64,000 nt of DNA from Clostridia bacterium (GTDB taxonomy: Bacteria; Bacillota; Clostridia; Christensenellales; Aristaeellaceae), in assembly GCA_017938795.1 (NCBI GenBank), contig JAGBAV010000037.1, forward strand, positions 4,305 through 68,304. Reading direction: 5' to 3'. This document shows positions 27,145-36,096 of this stretch, piece after piece. Made by a program: the position numbers and the translations under genes. Below the pieces are notes generated by a model, which saw only the letters and a list, made by a program, of their open reading frames with translations, searched no databases and was not told where the DNA came from. Numbering within the stretch: position 1 is the first letter of the stretch; each line of letters opens with the position of its first letter.

Positions 27145-27765
27145 ATGATGAACAGAACTGTGGATGCGCGCGGGCTGGCCTGCCCGCTGCCGGTCGTCAA
27201 CGCGAAGAAGGCTGCGGAGGAAATGACGGACGGCGGCGTGCTGACCGTGCTGGTGGATAACGCGATTGCCGTGCAGAATCTGCAGCGCTTCGCCGCGCAC
27301 AAGGGATATGAGGCCGCGGCGGAAAAGCGCGCGGAGAAGGAATATGCCGTGGTGATGACGGTCGGCGCTGCGGCTGACGCGCAGCCCGCGCCGCCGCAGG
27401 AGGAGGCCTGCGCGCCGGACAGCCGCCGCAGGGGCATGCTCGTCGCGCTGACGGCCAACGTCATGGGCACGGGCGATGAGAAGCTGGGCCGCGCGCTGAT
27501 GAAGGCCTTTGTCTTTGCGCTGACCAAGCAGGATCAGCTGCCGGAGACCATCCTCTGCTACAACAGCGGCGCATACCTGACCTGCGAGGGCGCGGACACG
27601 CTGGAGGACCTCAGGGCGCTGGAGGCGGAGGGCGTGACCGTGCTCACCTGCGGCACCTGCCTGGATTTCTATGGGCTCAAGGATAAGCTCGCCGTCGGCG
27701 GCGTGACCAATATGTACGACATCGTGGAGCGCATGGAGGCGGCGTCCTCCATCGTCCGCCCGTGA
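27145..27765 (+). CDS. yedF: sulfurtransferase-like selenium metabolism protein YedF
   Basis: TusA-like ARGLACPLPVV (CPxP) N-terminal domain plus a DsrE-like C-terminal half. AGGAGGA RBS before ATG 27145. Confidence 0.75.
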   Translation: MMNRTVDARGLACPLPVVNAKKAAEEMTDGGVLTVLVDNAIAVQNLQRFAAHKGYEAAAEKRAEKEYAVVMTVGAAADAQPAPPQEEACAPDSRRRGMLVALTANVMGTGDEKLGRALMKAFVFALTKQDQLPETILCYNSGAYLTCEGADTLEDLRALEAEGVTVLTCGTCLDFYGLKDKLAVGGVTNMYDIVERMEAASSIVRP

Positions 27766-27772
27766 GGCTGCT

Positions 27773-28810
27773 ATGGAGACGGAAGTCAGACTGACGAAGC
27801 TCGCCTCCTGCGCGGGCTGCGGCGCGAAGCTGGGCGCGGGCACGCTCGCGCAGATGCTCGAGGGGTTCAGGGCGCACAGCGACCCGCGGCTGATCGTGGG
27901 CTATGACAAGAGCGACGACGCGAGCGTCTATGTGATCAATGAAGATACGGCGCTCATCCAGACGACGGATTTCTTCCCGCCGATTGTGGACGACCCGTAT
28001 CTCTACGGCAGGATCGCGGCGGTGAATGCGCTCAGCGATATCTATGCGATGGGCGGCGAGCCCCGGCTGGCGCTCAATATCCTGTGCGTCGCCGAGGGGA
28101 TGGCGGACGAGACCGTCCGCGAGATCCTGCGCGGCGGGTATGACGCGGCGTACGAGGCGGGCGCGATCATCACCGGCGGGCATACGATCCGGGGCGCGGA
28201 GCCAATCTACGGGCTGGCGGTGTCGGGCTTTGCCCATCCGGATAGAGTGCTGACCAACAGCGGCGCAAAGCCGGGGGATGCGCTCATCCTCACCAAGCCG
28301 CTGGGCGTGGGCATCATGACCACCGCCGCGAAGGCGGATATGCTGGAGGGCGAGGCGCTCACGCGCATCCATCGGCAGATGGCGACGCTCAACAAGGCGG
28401 CGCGCGATATCATGATCCGCTATCCGGTGAACAGCTGCACGGACGTGACGGGCTTTGCGCTGCTGGGGCACAGCTATGAGATGGCGCAGGGCAGCGGCTG
28501 CAGTATCCACCTGACCGTGGGCAGCATCCCGTACCATGAGGAGGCGCTGGAGCTGGCGTCGATGGGGCTCGTCCCGGAGGGGGCGTACCGCAACCGCGCC
28601 TATGCGCAGGCGGCTGTGCAGGTCTGCGGCGATATTCCGCTGGCGATGCAGGATATCCTCTATGACCCGCAGACCAGCGGCGGCCTGCTGATCGCGCTGC
28701 CGCAGGAGGCGGCGCAGGACTGCCTGCGCGAGATCCGGGCGGCTTGCCCGGGCGCAGGGATCGTGGGCTATGTGACAAAGAAGCAGGAGCATGACATCTA
28801 TCTGGAGTGA
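27773..28810 (+). CDS. selD: selenide, water dikinase (Cys-type)
   Basis: LTKLASCAGCGAKLG N-terminal glycine-rich loop with Cys (no in-frame TGA). AIR-synthase-like fold length of 345 aa. Confidence 0.88.
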   Translation: METEVRLTKLASCAGCGAKLGAGTLAQMLEGFRAHSDPRLIVGYDKSDDASVYVINEDTALIQTTDFFPPIVDDPYLYGRIAAVNALSDIYAMGGEPRLALNILCVAEGMADETVREILRGGYDAAYEAGAIITGGHTIRGAEPIYGLAVSGFAHPDRVLTNSGAKPGDALILTKPLGVGIMTTAAKADMLEGEALTRIHRQMATLNKAARDIMIRYPVNSCTDVTGFALLGHSYEMAQGSGCSIHLTVGSIPYHEEALELASMGLVPEGAYRNRAYAQAAVQVCGDIPLAMQDILYDPQTSGGLLIALPQEAAQDCLREIRAACPGAGIVGYVTKKQEHDIYLE

Positions 28811-29628
28811 CGCACATGGAGAATCTGATTATCGTCCGCGGCGGCGGCGATCTGGCGACGGGCACGATCATGAAGCTGCACCGCTGCGGCTTTCCCGTGC
28901 TGGTGCTGGAATCGTCCGCGCCGTCGGCGATCCGCAGGAACGTCGCCTTCAGCGAGACCGTCTACGCGGGCGCGCAGACGGTGGAGGGCGTGACCTGCAG
29001 GCTCGCGGCGGACATCAAAGAGGCTCTGCGGCTGCTGGAGGCGGAGCGGCTTGCGATGCTTGTGGACCCGGAGGGGGCGAGCATCGCGCAGCTGCGGCCG
29101 ATGGCGGTGGTGGACGCGATCCTCGCCAAGCGCAACCTCGGCACGCACAGGGGCATGGCCCCGGTGACGGTCGCGCTGGGGCCGGGCTTTGAGGCCGGGA
29201 AGGACGTCGATGCCGTGATCGAGACGAAGCGAGGGCATTCGCTGGGCAGGGTGATCCTCGACGGCGGGGCTGCGCCCAATACCGGCGTGCCCGGCATGAT
29301 CGGGGGCTATGGCAGGGAGCGCGTCATCCACAGCCCGGCGGACGGCGTGCTGCGCTGCGTCAGGCAGATCACGGATACCGTCCGGCGGGGCGAGGTCATC
29401 GCGGTCGTGGAGGACGGGGCGCGCAGCGTGCCGGTCACGGCGACCATTGACGGCCTGCTGCGTGGGCTGATCCGCGACGGCTACCCGGTGACGAAGGGCT
29501 TCAAGATCGCGGATATCGATCCGCGCACGGAGGAATACAGCAACTGCTTTACGATCTCGGACAAGGCGCGCTGCATCGCGGGCGGCGTCGTGGAGGCGAT
29601 CCTGTATCTGAAAGGACGGAGGGTATGA
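28807..29628 (+). CDS. yqeB: selenium-dependent molybdenum hydroxylase system protein, YqeB/EF2563 family
   Basis: MENLIIVRGGGDLATGTIMKL... About 273 aa. Overlaps the selD stop. Confidence 0.7.
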   Translation: MTHMENLIIVRGGGDLATGTIMKLHRCGFPVLVLESSAPSAIRRNVAFSETVYAGAQTVEGVTCRLAADIKEALRLLEAERLAMLVDPEGASIAQLRPMAVVDAILAKRNLGTHRGMAPVTVALGPGFEAGKDVDAVIETKRGHSLGRVILDGGAAPNTGVPGMIGGYGRERVIHSPADGVLRCVRQITDTVRRGEVIAVVEDGARSVPVTATIDGLLRGLIRDGYPVTKGFKIADIDPRTEEYSNCFTISDKARCIAGGVVEAILYLKGRRV

Positions 29629-30464
29629 CGGACGCATATGACGCGCTGTATCAGCGCGCGCTTGGCGGGCTGCGCAGCGCGGGCATGGATGAAGGGCTGA
29701 TCCGCCGGGAGTGGTTTGCACCGCAGCCCTTGCTGATCATCTGCGGCGCGGGGCATGTCGCGCGGGAGCTGGCGCAGATGGCTGCGCTGCTGGAAATGCG
29801 GGTGAAGGTCATCGACGACAGGCCGGAGTTCGCCAATGAGGCGCGCTTCCCGGCGGCGAAGGTCGTCTGCGCACCGTTTGAGCGCATCGGGGAGCAGCTG
29901 GAGGGCGGCGCGTATTACGTCGTCGCCACGCGCGGGCATCAGGAGGATTACCGCTGCGCGAAGGCAATCCTCGCCTCGCCGCACAGCTATCTGGGGATCA
30001 TCGGCAGCCGGGGCAAGGCGGCGGCGACGCTTGCGCGCCTGCAGGAGGACGGCTTCACAAAAGAGCAGACAGACGGGATCTGCACGCCCATCGGCCTTGA
30101 CATCGGCGCACAGACCCCGGCGGAGATCGCCGTGAGCATCCTCGCGCAGATCATCGGGGTGAAGAATGCGCGAGGAGCGTCGTTCGTCCCGAGGGAGATG
30201 GCCGAGGCGCAGGAGCCCGGCATGCTCGTCATCATCATCGGCAAGCATGGCTCTGCGCCGAGGGGCGTGGGCAGCATGATGCTGGTGAGCGGCGGGCGGG
30301 TGGTCGGCACCATCGGCGGCGGCGCGGTTGAGCACGCGGCGATCCGCGATGCGCGCGCTGCATCTGGCGCGATGATCCGCGAATACGCGCTGAGCAGCGC
30401 GCAGGGCGCAGCGCTTGGCATGATCTGCGGCGGGCGCTGCACGGTGCTGTTCATTCCCGTGTAA
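29625..30464 (+). CDS. XdhC/CoxI-family molybdenum hydroxylase maturation factor
   Basis: Rossmann-like LLIICGAGHVARELA and a C-terminal XdhC_CoxI-like segment. Overlaps the yqeB stop. Confidence 0.8.
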   Translation: MTDAYDALYQRALGGLRSAGMDEGLIRREWFAPQPLLIICGAGHVARELAQMAALLEMRVKVIDDRPEFANEARFPAAKVVCAPFERIGEQLEGGAYYVVATRGHQEDYRCAKAILASPHSYLGIIGSRGKAAATLARLQEDGFTKEQTDGICTPIGLDIGAQTPAEIAVSILAQIIGVKNARGASFVPREMAEAQEPGMLVIIIGKHGSAPRGVGSMMLVSGGRVVGTIGGGAVEHAAIRDARAASGAMIREYALSSAQGAALGMICGGRCTVLFIPV

Positions 30465-30469
30465 GCATA

Positions 30470-30517
30470 CAAAAAAGGAGAGACGCCATGAATACGGCGT
30501 CTCTCCGCTGTTGTTTT
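30470..30517. terminator. bidirectional terminator between xdhC-like and mntP
   Basis: ggagagacgcc (30477-87) / ggcgtctctcc (30496-506), flanked by an A run and a T-rich tail. Confidence 0.65.
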
Positions 30518-30521
30518 GGGA

Positions 30522-31106
30522 TTACAGGAAGCTGGTGATGAAGATCTCCAGCCCGATGAGAATCAGGATCACGCCGCCGAGGATGCCGGCCTTGCAGGCC
30601 AGCCTCGTGCCGGCGCGCCTGCCGATGACCAGCCCGCCCATGCAGATCGCGAAGGTGACCGCGCCGATGAGCAGGCAGGCGAGCAGCGCCTCCGGGAAGG
30701 TGTAGTGGGCGATGGTGAAGCCGACGGACAGCGCGTCAATCGAGGTTGCGACGCCCTGCAGCAGCAGCGCGGACAGCCCCACGGCGGGCTTCTCGATCCC
30801 GCAGGAGGGGCAGCGGATGCCCTCGATGAGCATCTTGCCGCCGATGAAGCACAGCAGGATCAGCGCAATCCACGGGATGCACACCTCAAACGCGCTGAAC
30901 GCCTGCGCAATCGTGGACACGCAGATATAGCCGATCAGCGGCATGGCGAACTGGAACGCGGCGAAGACGCCGGCGATGCCGCACATCCGCTTGCGGCGCA
31001 TGCCGGGCTCATTCAGGCCATTGGCCAGAGAGACGGAGAAGGCGTCCATCGCAAGGCCTGCGCCGAGCATGACGCTCTGAAAGAAGAAACCAAAACCGAG
31101 CTGCAT
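30522..31106 (-). CDS. mntP: manganese efflux pump MntP
   Basis: Start at MQLGFGFFFQSVMLGAGLAMDAFSVSLANG (DUF204 repeat signature). Sits immediately downstream of a Mn riboswitch. Confidence 0.88.
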   Translation of the reverse strand: MQLGFGFFFQSVMLGAGLAMDAFSVSLANGLNEPGMRRKRMCGIAGVFAAFQFAMPLIGYICVSTIAQAFSAFEVCIPWIALILLCFIGGKMLIEGIRCPSCGIEKPAVGLSALLLQGVATSIDALSVGFTIAHYTFPEALLACLLIGAVTFAICMGGLVIGRRAGTRLACKAGILGGVILILIGLEIFITSFL

Positions 31107-31199
31107 ACCGATACCTCCCAAAATGAATAAACGGATATGGCGTAAGCCATACCCGGACGTCGTATTGCCTGTGAAAGGGCAGACTCCATGCATAGCTCC

Positions 31200-31303
31200 G
31201 CTGCTGTGCATGAGTCTCGCGAATGAAAGCAAGCCAGGCCGGAGGCCAGTATGTTGACTTGCTGCGCATGGGTATGCGCCCGCTACTCCCTCATTGCTGT
31301 GTA
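31200..31303 (-). promoter_or_regulatory. yybP-ykoY Mn2+ riboswitch aptamer
   Basis: The minus strand reads ..caatgaGGGAGTAGCgggcgcatacc..caAGTCAACATACTGGCCTCCGGCC..cgcGAGACTCATgc. These are the conserved GGGAGUAG, UUGACAUA-like and GAGAC blocks, with P1 pairing atgag/ctcat. Confidence 0.85.
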
Positions 31304-31434
31304 TGATAACAAACCGGAAGCGTGTTAGTCAATGCAAACTTTGCTGCCCGTCATGCTGGATTTGTGCTTGTCTGTTCAGGCGGTAATGTGATACAGTAAA
31401 CCTATACGGCAATCCTGCGAAAGGGGCGAATCTC

Positions 31435-32805
31435 ATGAACGACAGGCTGATCTTTCCTGCGGAGCGATATACGGACGAGCAGACCGGCGGCTGCGCCTTC
31501 CGCGCATGGCGGGATATCCCGTACTGCGCTGCGCCGGCGGATGCGATCCAGCGGCTGCATCTGTTTGCGCCGGCGTGCTATGCATGCGGCGGCAGCGTGA
31601 ACGGATACACGGCGGAGACGGCGCCGATCTTCATGCCCAATTGGGTCGGCGGATACAAGCCCGGCGAGCCGCCGGAGCCTGCTGTTGACGCGCAGGGCCG
31701 GCCCAACGCCGTGCTCGCCGCGCTGATGCACGGCTATGTCGTCGCCTGCGCGGGCATCCGCGGGCGCGGCACGCCGGGGAACGCCGGAAAGGCCCCGGCG
31801 CTGATCGTGGATATGAAGGCGGCGGTGCGCTATCTGCGCCATAACCGCGCGCGTATCCCCGGCGACACGGAGAGGATCGTCACCAGCGGCACGAGCGCGG
31901 GCGGCGCGCTCTCCGCGCTGACGGGCGCATCGGGCAATGCGGCGGCATACGCGCCATATCTGGCGGCGATCGGCGCGGCGCAGGAGCGGGACGATATCTT
32001 CGCCGCGAACTGCTACTGCCCGATCATCAATCTGGAGAACGCCGACATGGCGTATGAATGGCAGTTCGCCGACGAAGCGCATTACCGCGGCTGGCACGGC
32101 GAGGGGGAGCTGAACGATGGGCAGATGCAGACCGCGAGTGAGCTGAAGGCGCTCTTCCCTGCGTATGTCAATGGGCTTGCGCTCACGGATGAGGACGGCG
32201 CGCCGCTGACGCTGGAGGCGAACGGGACGGGCAGCCTCCTTGCGCACATGGCGGGGCTGGTCATGCGCTCTGCGCAGATGGAGCTTGACACGCATGATTC
32301 CGCCGCGCGGCTTGGCGAGCTGGCTGTGCCCGGCAGCGCGGTGGAGGAGCAGCTCTTCCTGACGATCGAAAAGGGGAAGGTATGCGGCATCGACTGGCCC
32401 GGCTTTGTCCATGCAATCACGCGCATGAAGCGGCCCCCGGCCTTTGACGCGCTCGATCTTGGCAGCGTGGAGAACGACGAGTTCGCCGGGGCGGACGGCA
32501 CGCCGCGCCACTTCTCCGCCTACAGCCGCGCGCATTCCATGGCGGGCGTCGCGATGGCGGAGGAGGATGTGATCCGCCTGATGAACCCGATGGCACAGCT
32601 GGACGCGCCCGGCCTCGCGCGGCATTGGCGCATCCGCCACGGCGCATATGACCGGGATACCTCGCTGGCGATCCCCGCGCTCTTCGCTGCTGCGCTGCGC
32701 ATGCGCGGCTGCAGCGTCGATTTCCATCTGCCGTGGGGGCTGCCGCACAGCGGGGACTATGACCTTAAGGCGCTGTTTGCGTGGATCGACGGGCTGTGCC
32801 GGTGA
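31435..32805 (+). CDS. tanB: subtype B tannase (tannin acyl hydrolase / gallate-ester hydrolase)
   Basis: 456 aa. MNDRLIF N-terminus, nucleophile elbow IVTSGTSAGGALSAL, and C-terminal HWRIRHGAYDRDTS...LPWGLPHSGDYD...WIDGLC. From memory, these track Lactiplantibacillus TanB closely. Confidence 0.85.
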   Translation: MNDRLIFPAERYTDEQTGGCAFRAWRDIPYCAAPADAIQRLHLFAPACYACGGSVNGYTAETAPIFMPNWVGGYKPGEPPEPAVDAQGRPNAVLAALMHGYVVACAGIRGRGTPGNAGKAPALIVDMKAAVRYLRHNRARIPGDTERIVTSGTSAGGALSALTGASGNAAAYAPYLAAIGAAQERDDIFAANCYCPIINLENADMAYEWQFADEAHYRGWHGEGELNDGQMQTASELKALFPAYVNGLALTDEDGAPLTLEANGTGSLLAHMAGLVMRSAQMELDTHDSAARLGELAVPGSAVEEQLFLTIEKGKVCGIDWPGFVHAITRMKRPPAFDALDLGSVENDEFAGADGTPRHFSAYSRAHSMAGVAMAEEDVIRLMNPMAQLDAPGLARHWRIRHGAYDRDTSLAIPALFAAALRMRGCSVDFHLPWGLPHSGDYDLKALFAWIDGLCR

Positions 32806-32885
32806 GGGAGAATCGCGTTATAGCTTGACGCATCGGGCCGGGCAGTCTATAATGCAGCATAGATTACATGCAAGGAGAGTCCGAT

Positions 32886-33467
32886 ATGCCGTCGTTAACC
32901 CGCAGCGAAATCATCCGACACACCATCCTGCTGTTCAATCAGTATGGGCCGATGGTGCCCATGAGCAGGATCAGCGAGGCGGCCGGCGTGGCGGCGGGCA
33001 CCCCCTTCCGTTACTTCAGCACGAAGGAGGAGCTGCTGGCGGCGGCCTATCGCGAGGCGTTTGACAATACGCTGCGCTGCTCGCCGGAGGAGAATCTGGA
33101 GGGACTGGATGCGGAACATACAGTCAAACGCATTGTGTATACGATCATGAAGTGGTCTGCGCTCTGCCCGCAGGAGCTGGAGTACATGCGCAAGTATGAG
33201 GACATGATCTGCTATGACTGCTTCAGCGAGAAATTCTCGCAGACGCTGTACGAGGGCATCATTGAGCAGAAGAACCTTTGGCCCCTGCTCAGGGACGCGG
33301 TGCGCCCGGATCTGCCCAAGGAGCTGATCAACCGCCTGATTTCCATCAACTGCTCCGTCTACTCCCGCTATATCACGCACATGGGCATTGAGGCGGACAC
33401 GCCGGAGTTTGAGCAGCTGGCGCGGGCGAGCGCCGACTCCATCTGGAACAGCATCTGCGCAGGCTGA
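32886..33467 (+). CDS. TetR/AcrR-family transcriptional regulator
   Basis: AAGGAGAG RBS before ATG 32886. HTH MSRISEAAGVAAGTPFRYFSTKEELL. Confidence 0.8.
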   Translation: MPSLTRSEIIRHTILLFNQYGPMVPMSRISEAAGVAAGTPFRYFSTKEELLAAAYREAFDNTLRCSPEENLEGLDAEHTVKRIVYTIMKWSALCPQELEYMRKYEDMICYDCFSEKFSQTLYEGIIEQKNLWPLLRDAVRPDLPKELINRLISINCSVYSRYITHMGIEADTPEFEQLARASADSIWNSICAG

Positions 33468-33552
33468 CAGACGGTATATTTACAGGATAATAACAAAAAT
33501 ATTTTCATGGATGGATTGCAATATGCAGCCATCCATGTTATTATATTGACAA

Positions 33553-33576
33553 AAGTGAGTGAATGCTCACTCACTT
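33553..33576. promoter_or_regulatory. 24-bp palindromic candidate operator in front of the flavoprotein gene
   Basis: AAGTGAGTGA-atgc-TCACTCACTT has perfect 10-bp arms. It lies directly after a TTGACA hexamer (33547-52), 25 nt upstream of ATG 33601. Confidence 0.5.
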
Positions 33577-33600
33577 CGAAATCAGAAGGAGGAAGATACC

Positions 33601-35901
33601 ATGAAGAAACTGCTTTCTCTCGTGCTTGTCTGCCTGCTGGCGATCCCCGCGCTGGCCGGCGCGGAGACCTTCGAGTCTGCGGCTGCCGGCTTCGGCGGCG
33701 AGGTGAAGGTCACCCTGACCGTCGAGGACGGCAAGATTGTTGACGCCGCGATCGTCGCTGACGGCGAGACCCCGGCGATCGGCGGCGCCGCGCTCGAGAC
33801 GCTGGCTGCCCAGCTGATCGAGGCGGGCAGCGCCGAGATTGACGGCGTTGCCGGCGCGACCGTGACCTCCGATGCCGTGAAGGCGGCGGCTGCCGCTGCG
33901 CTGGCGCAGGCCAATGGCGAGGCGGCTGCGGAGGCCGTGCTGGCCGACGGCGTGTACAACGCCGAGGCCTATGGCTTTGAGATGGCCGTGAGCAACAAGC
34001 TCACCGTGACCATCGAGGGCGGCAAGATCGCGTCCATCGCCTATGGCGAGGGCTGCGGCGACACCCCGCCGATGCTCGACACCGTCGAGAAGAGCCTCTT
34101 CCCGCGCATCATCGAGGCGCAGTCCGTGGGCGTTGACGTCGCCTCCGGCGCGACCGTGACGAGCAATGCGGTGAAGAAGGCCGTTGAGGACTGCCTTGCT
34201 CAGGCGCTGGCGGCTGCGGGCTGCGACGCCTCTGCGATTGCGCAGTTCAAGACCATGCCCGAGAAGAAGGGCGGCAGCGAGGAGATCACCACGCAGGTGC
34301 TGGTCATCGGCATGGGCGGCTCCGGCACCTACACTGCGCTGCGCGCGCAGGAGTGCGGCGCTCAGGTTCTGGCGATCGATAAGCAGGCCCGCTACGGCGG
34401 CACCACCGCGCTGACCTCTGAGATCGAGTCCATCAACCCGCCGCGCATCAAGGAGCTCTACAACAACGGCGAGGACTTCTGCGACGCCGACGCGATGTAT
34501 CAGGCGTGGCTTGACTACGTCGACGGCGATGCGAAGGTTGAGCTGATCGACCTGTTCTTTGAGAACTGCGGCCCGGCGCTTGACTGGCTCGCGCTGGATC
34601 ACGGCGCTCAGTTCGACATGAAGCCGCAGGCCGGCTTCACCGAGGTCGACGTGTACAAGGTCAAGTTCCAGTGGCTCCCGAACTTCGACGAGCGCAACCC
34701 GATGGCCCCGACCTACGGCTACAACAAGGCCGAGATCGCGACCTACTTCGATCGCCTCGTGAATGACTTCACCGCGCTGGGCGGCCAGTACATGCTGGAG
34801 ACCGAGGCGTACGACCTGATCACCGAGGATGGTAAGATCGTCGGCGCGAAGGCGAAGAACCTCGTCACCGGCACCGAGTACACCATCAAGGCCGACGCCG
34901 TCGTGATCGCGACCGGCGGCTTCCTGGGCAACCCGGAGATGACCGAGAAGTATCTGTCCAACGACTACTTCCCGATGAAGGGTACGTGGAAGATCTACGG
35001 CACCTACGGCAACGACGGCAAGATGCTGCAGGCTGCCATCGACGACGGCGCTGCGACCTACAACATGGGCATGCCGCCTGAGGTTCACCTCTCCGGCACC
35101 ACCGACTTCCTCCCGGCGCACGAGTACGGCTACCCGATCAACGTGATCGAGGGCACGCTCGACTTCAACACCGGCCTTGAGTGCCGCTGGACTGTTGCGG
35201 ACCTGCCGCTGATCATGGGCGTCTCCGCGGACAGCCTCGCCGTCGCCCCGACCGGCAAGCGCTTCACCTCTGAGACCGGCATCGCCATGCTGGATCCGTG
35301 GATCGCCGGCCCGACCTACTACAGCATCTGGTCCACCGAGCAGCTCAACGGCATCGTGGAGTCCGGCGTGAAGACCGACGTCATCGGCCCGGCCGTCGGC
35401 TTCCTCGGCCATCGCGGCTCCATCCCGTCCGGCATCGCTCTGCCGGAGGCGTTTGAGGTCATGGATCACGCCATCGAGCGCGGCTATGTCCACAAGGCTG
35501 ACACCATCGAGGAGCTGGCCGGCATGATCGGCGTTGACGCTGCTGCGCTGGCCGCGACCGTCGCGGACTACAACGGCTACTGCGAGACCGGCGTGGACGC
35601 CGAGTTCGGCAAGCCGGCTGAGCTGCTGACCAAGATCGGCGAAGGCCCGTACTACGCCATCGAAATGGCCAGCTACAGCTACAACACCTGCGCGGGCCTC
35701 GACGTGAACGAGAACATGCAGGTGCTCGACGTGAACGGCAATGTCATGGAAGGCCTGTTCTGCGTGGGCAGCGACAGCGCCGGCGTGCTTTTCACCGAGA
35801 AGAAGCCGTACGTCACCTTCGGCGGCGCGAACAACGGCTGGGCGCTGACCTCTGCGTATGTCGGCGGCCAGGTGATCGCCGAGATGCTCAACGGCAAGTA
35901 A
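33601..35901 (+). CDS. exported flavoprotein reductase: 2 x FMN-binding domain + FAD-binding (fumarate/urocanate-reductase-like) domain
   Basis: Signal peptide MKKLLSLVLVCLLAIPALAGA. FMN_bind flavinylation-type motifs DGVAGATVTS and DVASGATVTS. FAD dinucleotide motif VLVIGMGGSGTYTALRA. Confidence 0.85.
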   Translation: MKKLLSLVLVCLLAIPALAGAETFESAAAGFGGEVKVTLTVEDGKIVDAAIVADGETPAIGGAALETLAAQLIEAGSAEIDGVAGATVTSDAVKAAAAAALAQANGEAAAEAVLADGVYNAEAYGFEMAVSNKLTVTIEGGKIASIAYGEGCGDTPPMLDTVEKSLFPRIIEAQSVGVDVASGATVTSNAVKKAVEDCLAQALAAAGCDASAIAQFKTMPEKKGGSEEITTQVLVIGMGGSGTYTALRAQECGAQVLAIDKQARYGGTTALTSEIESINPPRIKELYNNGEDFCDADAMYQAWLDYVDGDAKVELIDLFFENCGPALDWLALDHGAQFDMKPQAGFTEVDVYKVKFQWLPNFDERNPMAPTYGYNKAEIATYFDRLVNDFTALGGQYMLETEAYDLITEDGKIVGAKAKNLVTGTEYTIKADAVVIATGGFLGNPEMTEKYLSNDYFPMKGTWKIYGTYGNDGKMLQAAIDDGAATYNMGMPPEVHLSGTTDFLPAHEYGYPINVIEGTLDFNTGLECRWTVADLPLIMGVSADSLAVAPTGKRFTSETGIAMLDPWIAGPTYYSIWSTEQLNGIVESGVKTDVIGPAVGFLGHRGSIPSGIALPEAFEVMDHAIERGYVHKADTIEELAGMIGVDAAALAATVADYNGYCETGVDAEFGKPAELLTKIGEGPYYAIEMASYSYNTCAGLDVNENMQVLDVNGNVMEGLFCVGSDSAGVLFTEKKPYVTFGGANNGWALTSAYVGGQVIAEMLNGK

Positions 35902-35913
35902 TCCGCATCATCA

Positions 35914-35951
35914 GCCCGGGACGGCAGACGCCGTCCCGGGCGTTTCTTTTT
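35914..35951 (+). terminator. strong intrinsic terminator
   Basis: gcccgggacggc / agac / gccgtcccgggc, then gtttcttttt. Confidence 0.85.
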
Positions 35952-36011
35952 CATGAGGGATGCGCAGGAAGGGAAACGGCCCGCTTTTGCGGTCTATGAG
36001 ATAAATAATTC

Positions 36012-36040
36012 TTGACAGAAACTCGGATGATATGCATAAT
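36012..36040 (+). promoter_or_regulatory. sigma70-like promoter
   Basis: TTGACA, 17-nt spacer, CATAAT. Confidence 0.6.
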
Positions 36041-36096
36041 GAAATTATGAAATCTTTATGCAGACCTGCCGATGTCTGCTGACAGGAGTGAATGCG

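Noticed and set aside
27773-28810. Selenocysteine (in-frame TGA) in SelD or neighbouring selenium genes
   Set aside because: The SelD N-terminal loop reads SCAGCGAK with Cys codons, and all ORFs in the cluster are uninterrupted.
33571-35493. 640-aa minus-strand ORF antisense to the flavoprotein reductase
   Set aside because: Shadow ORF of a GC3-rich gene, with no motifs and no RBS.
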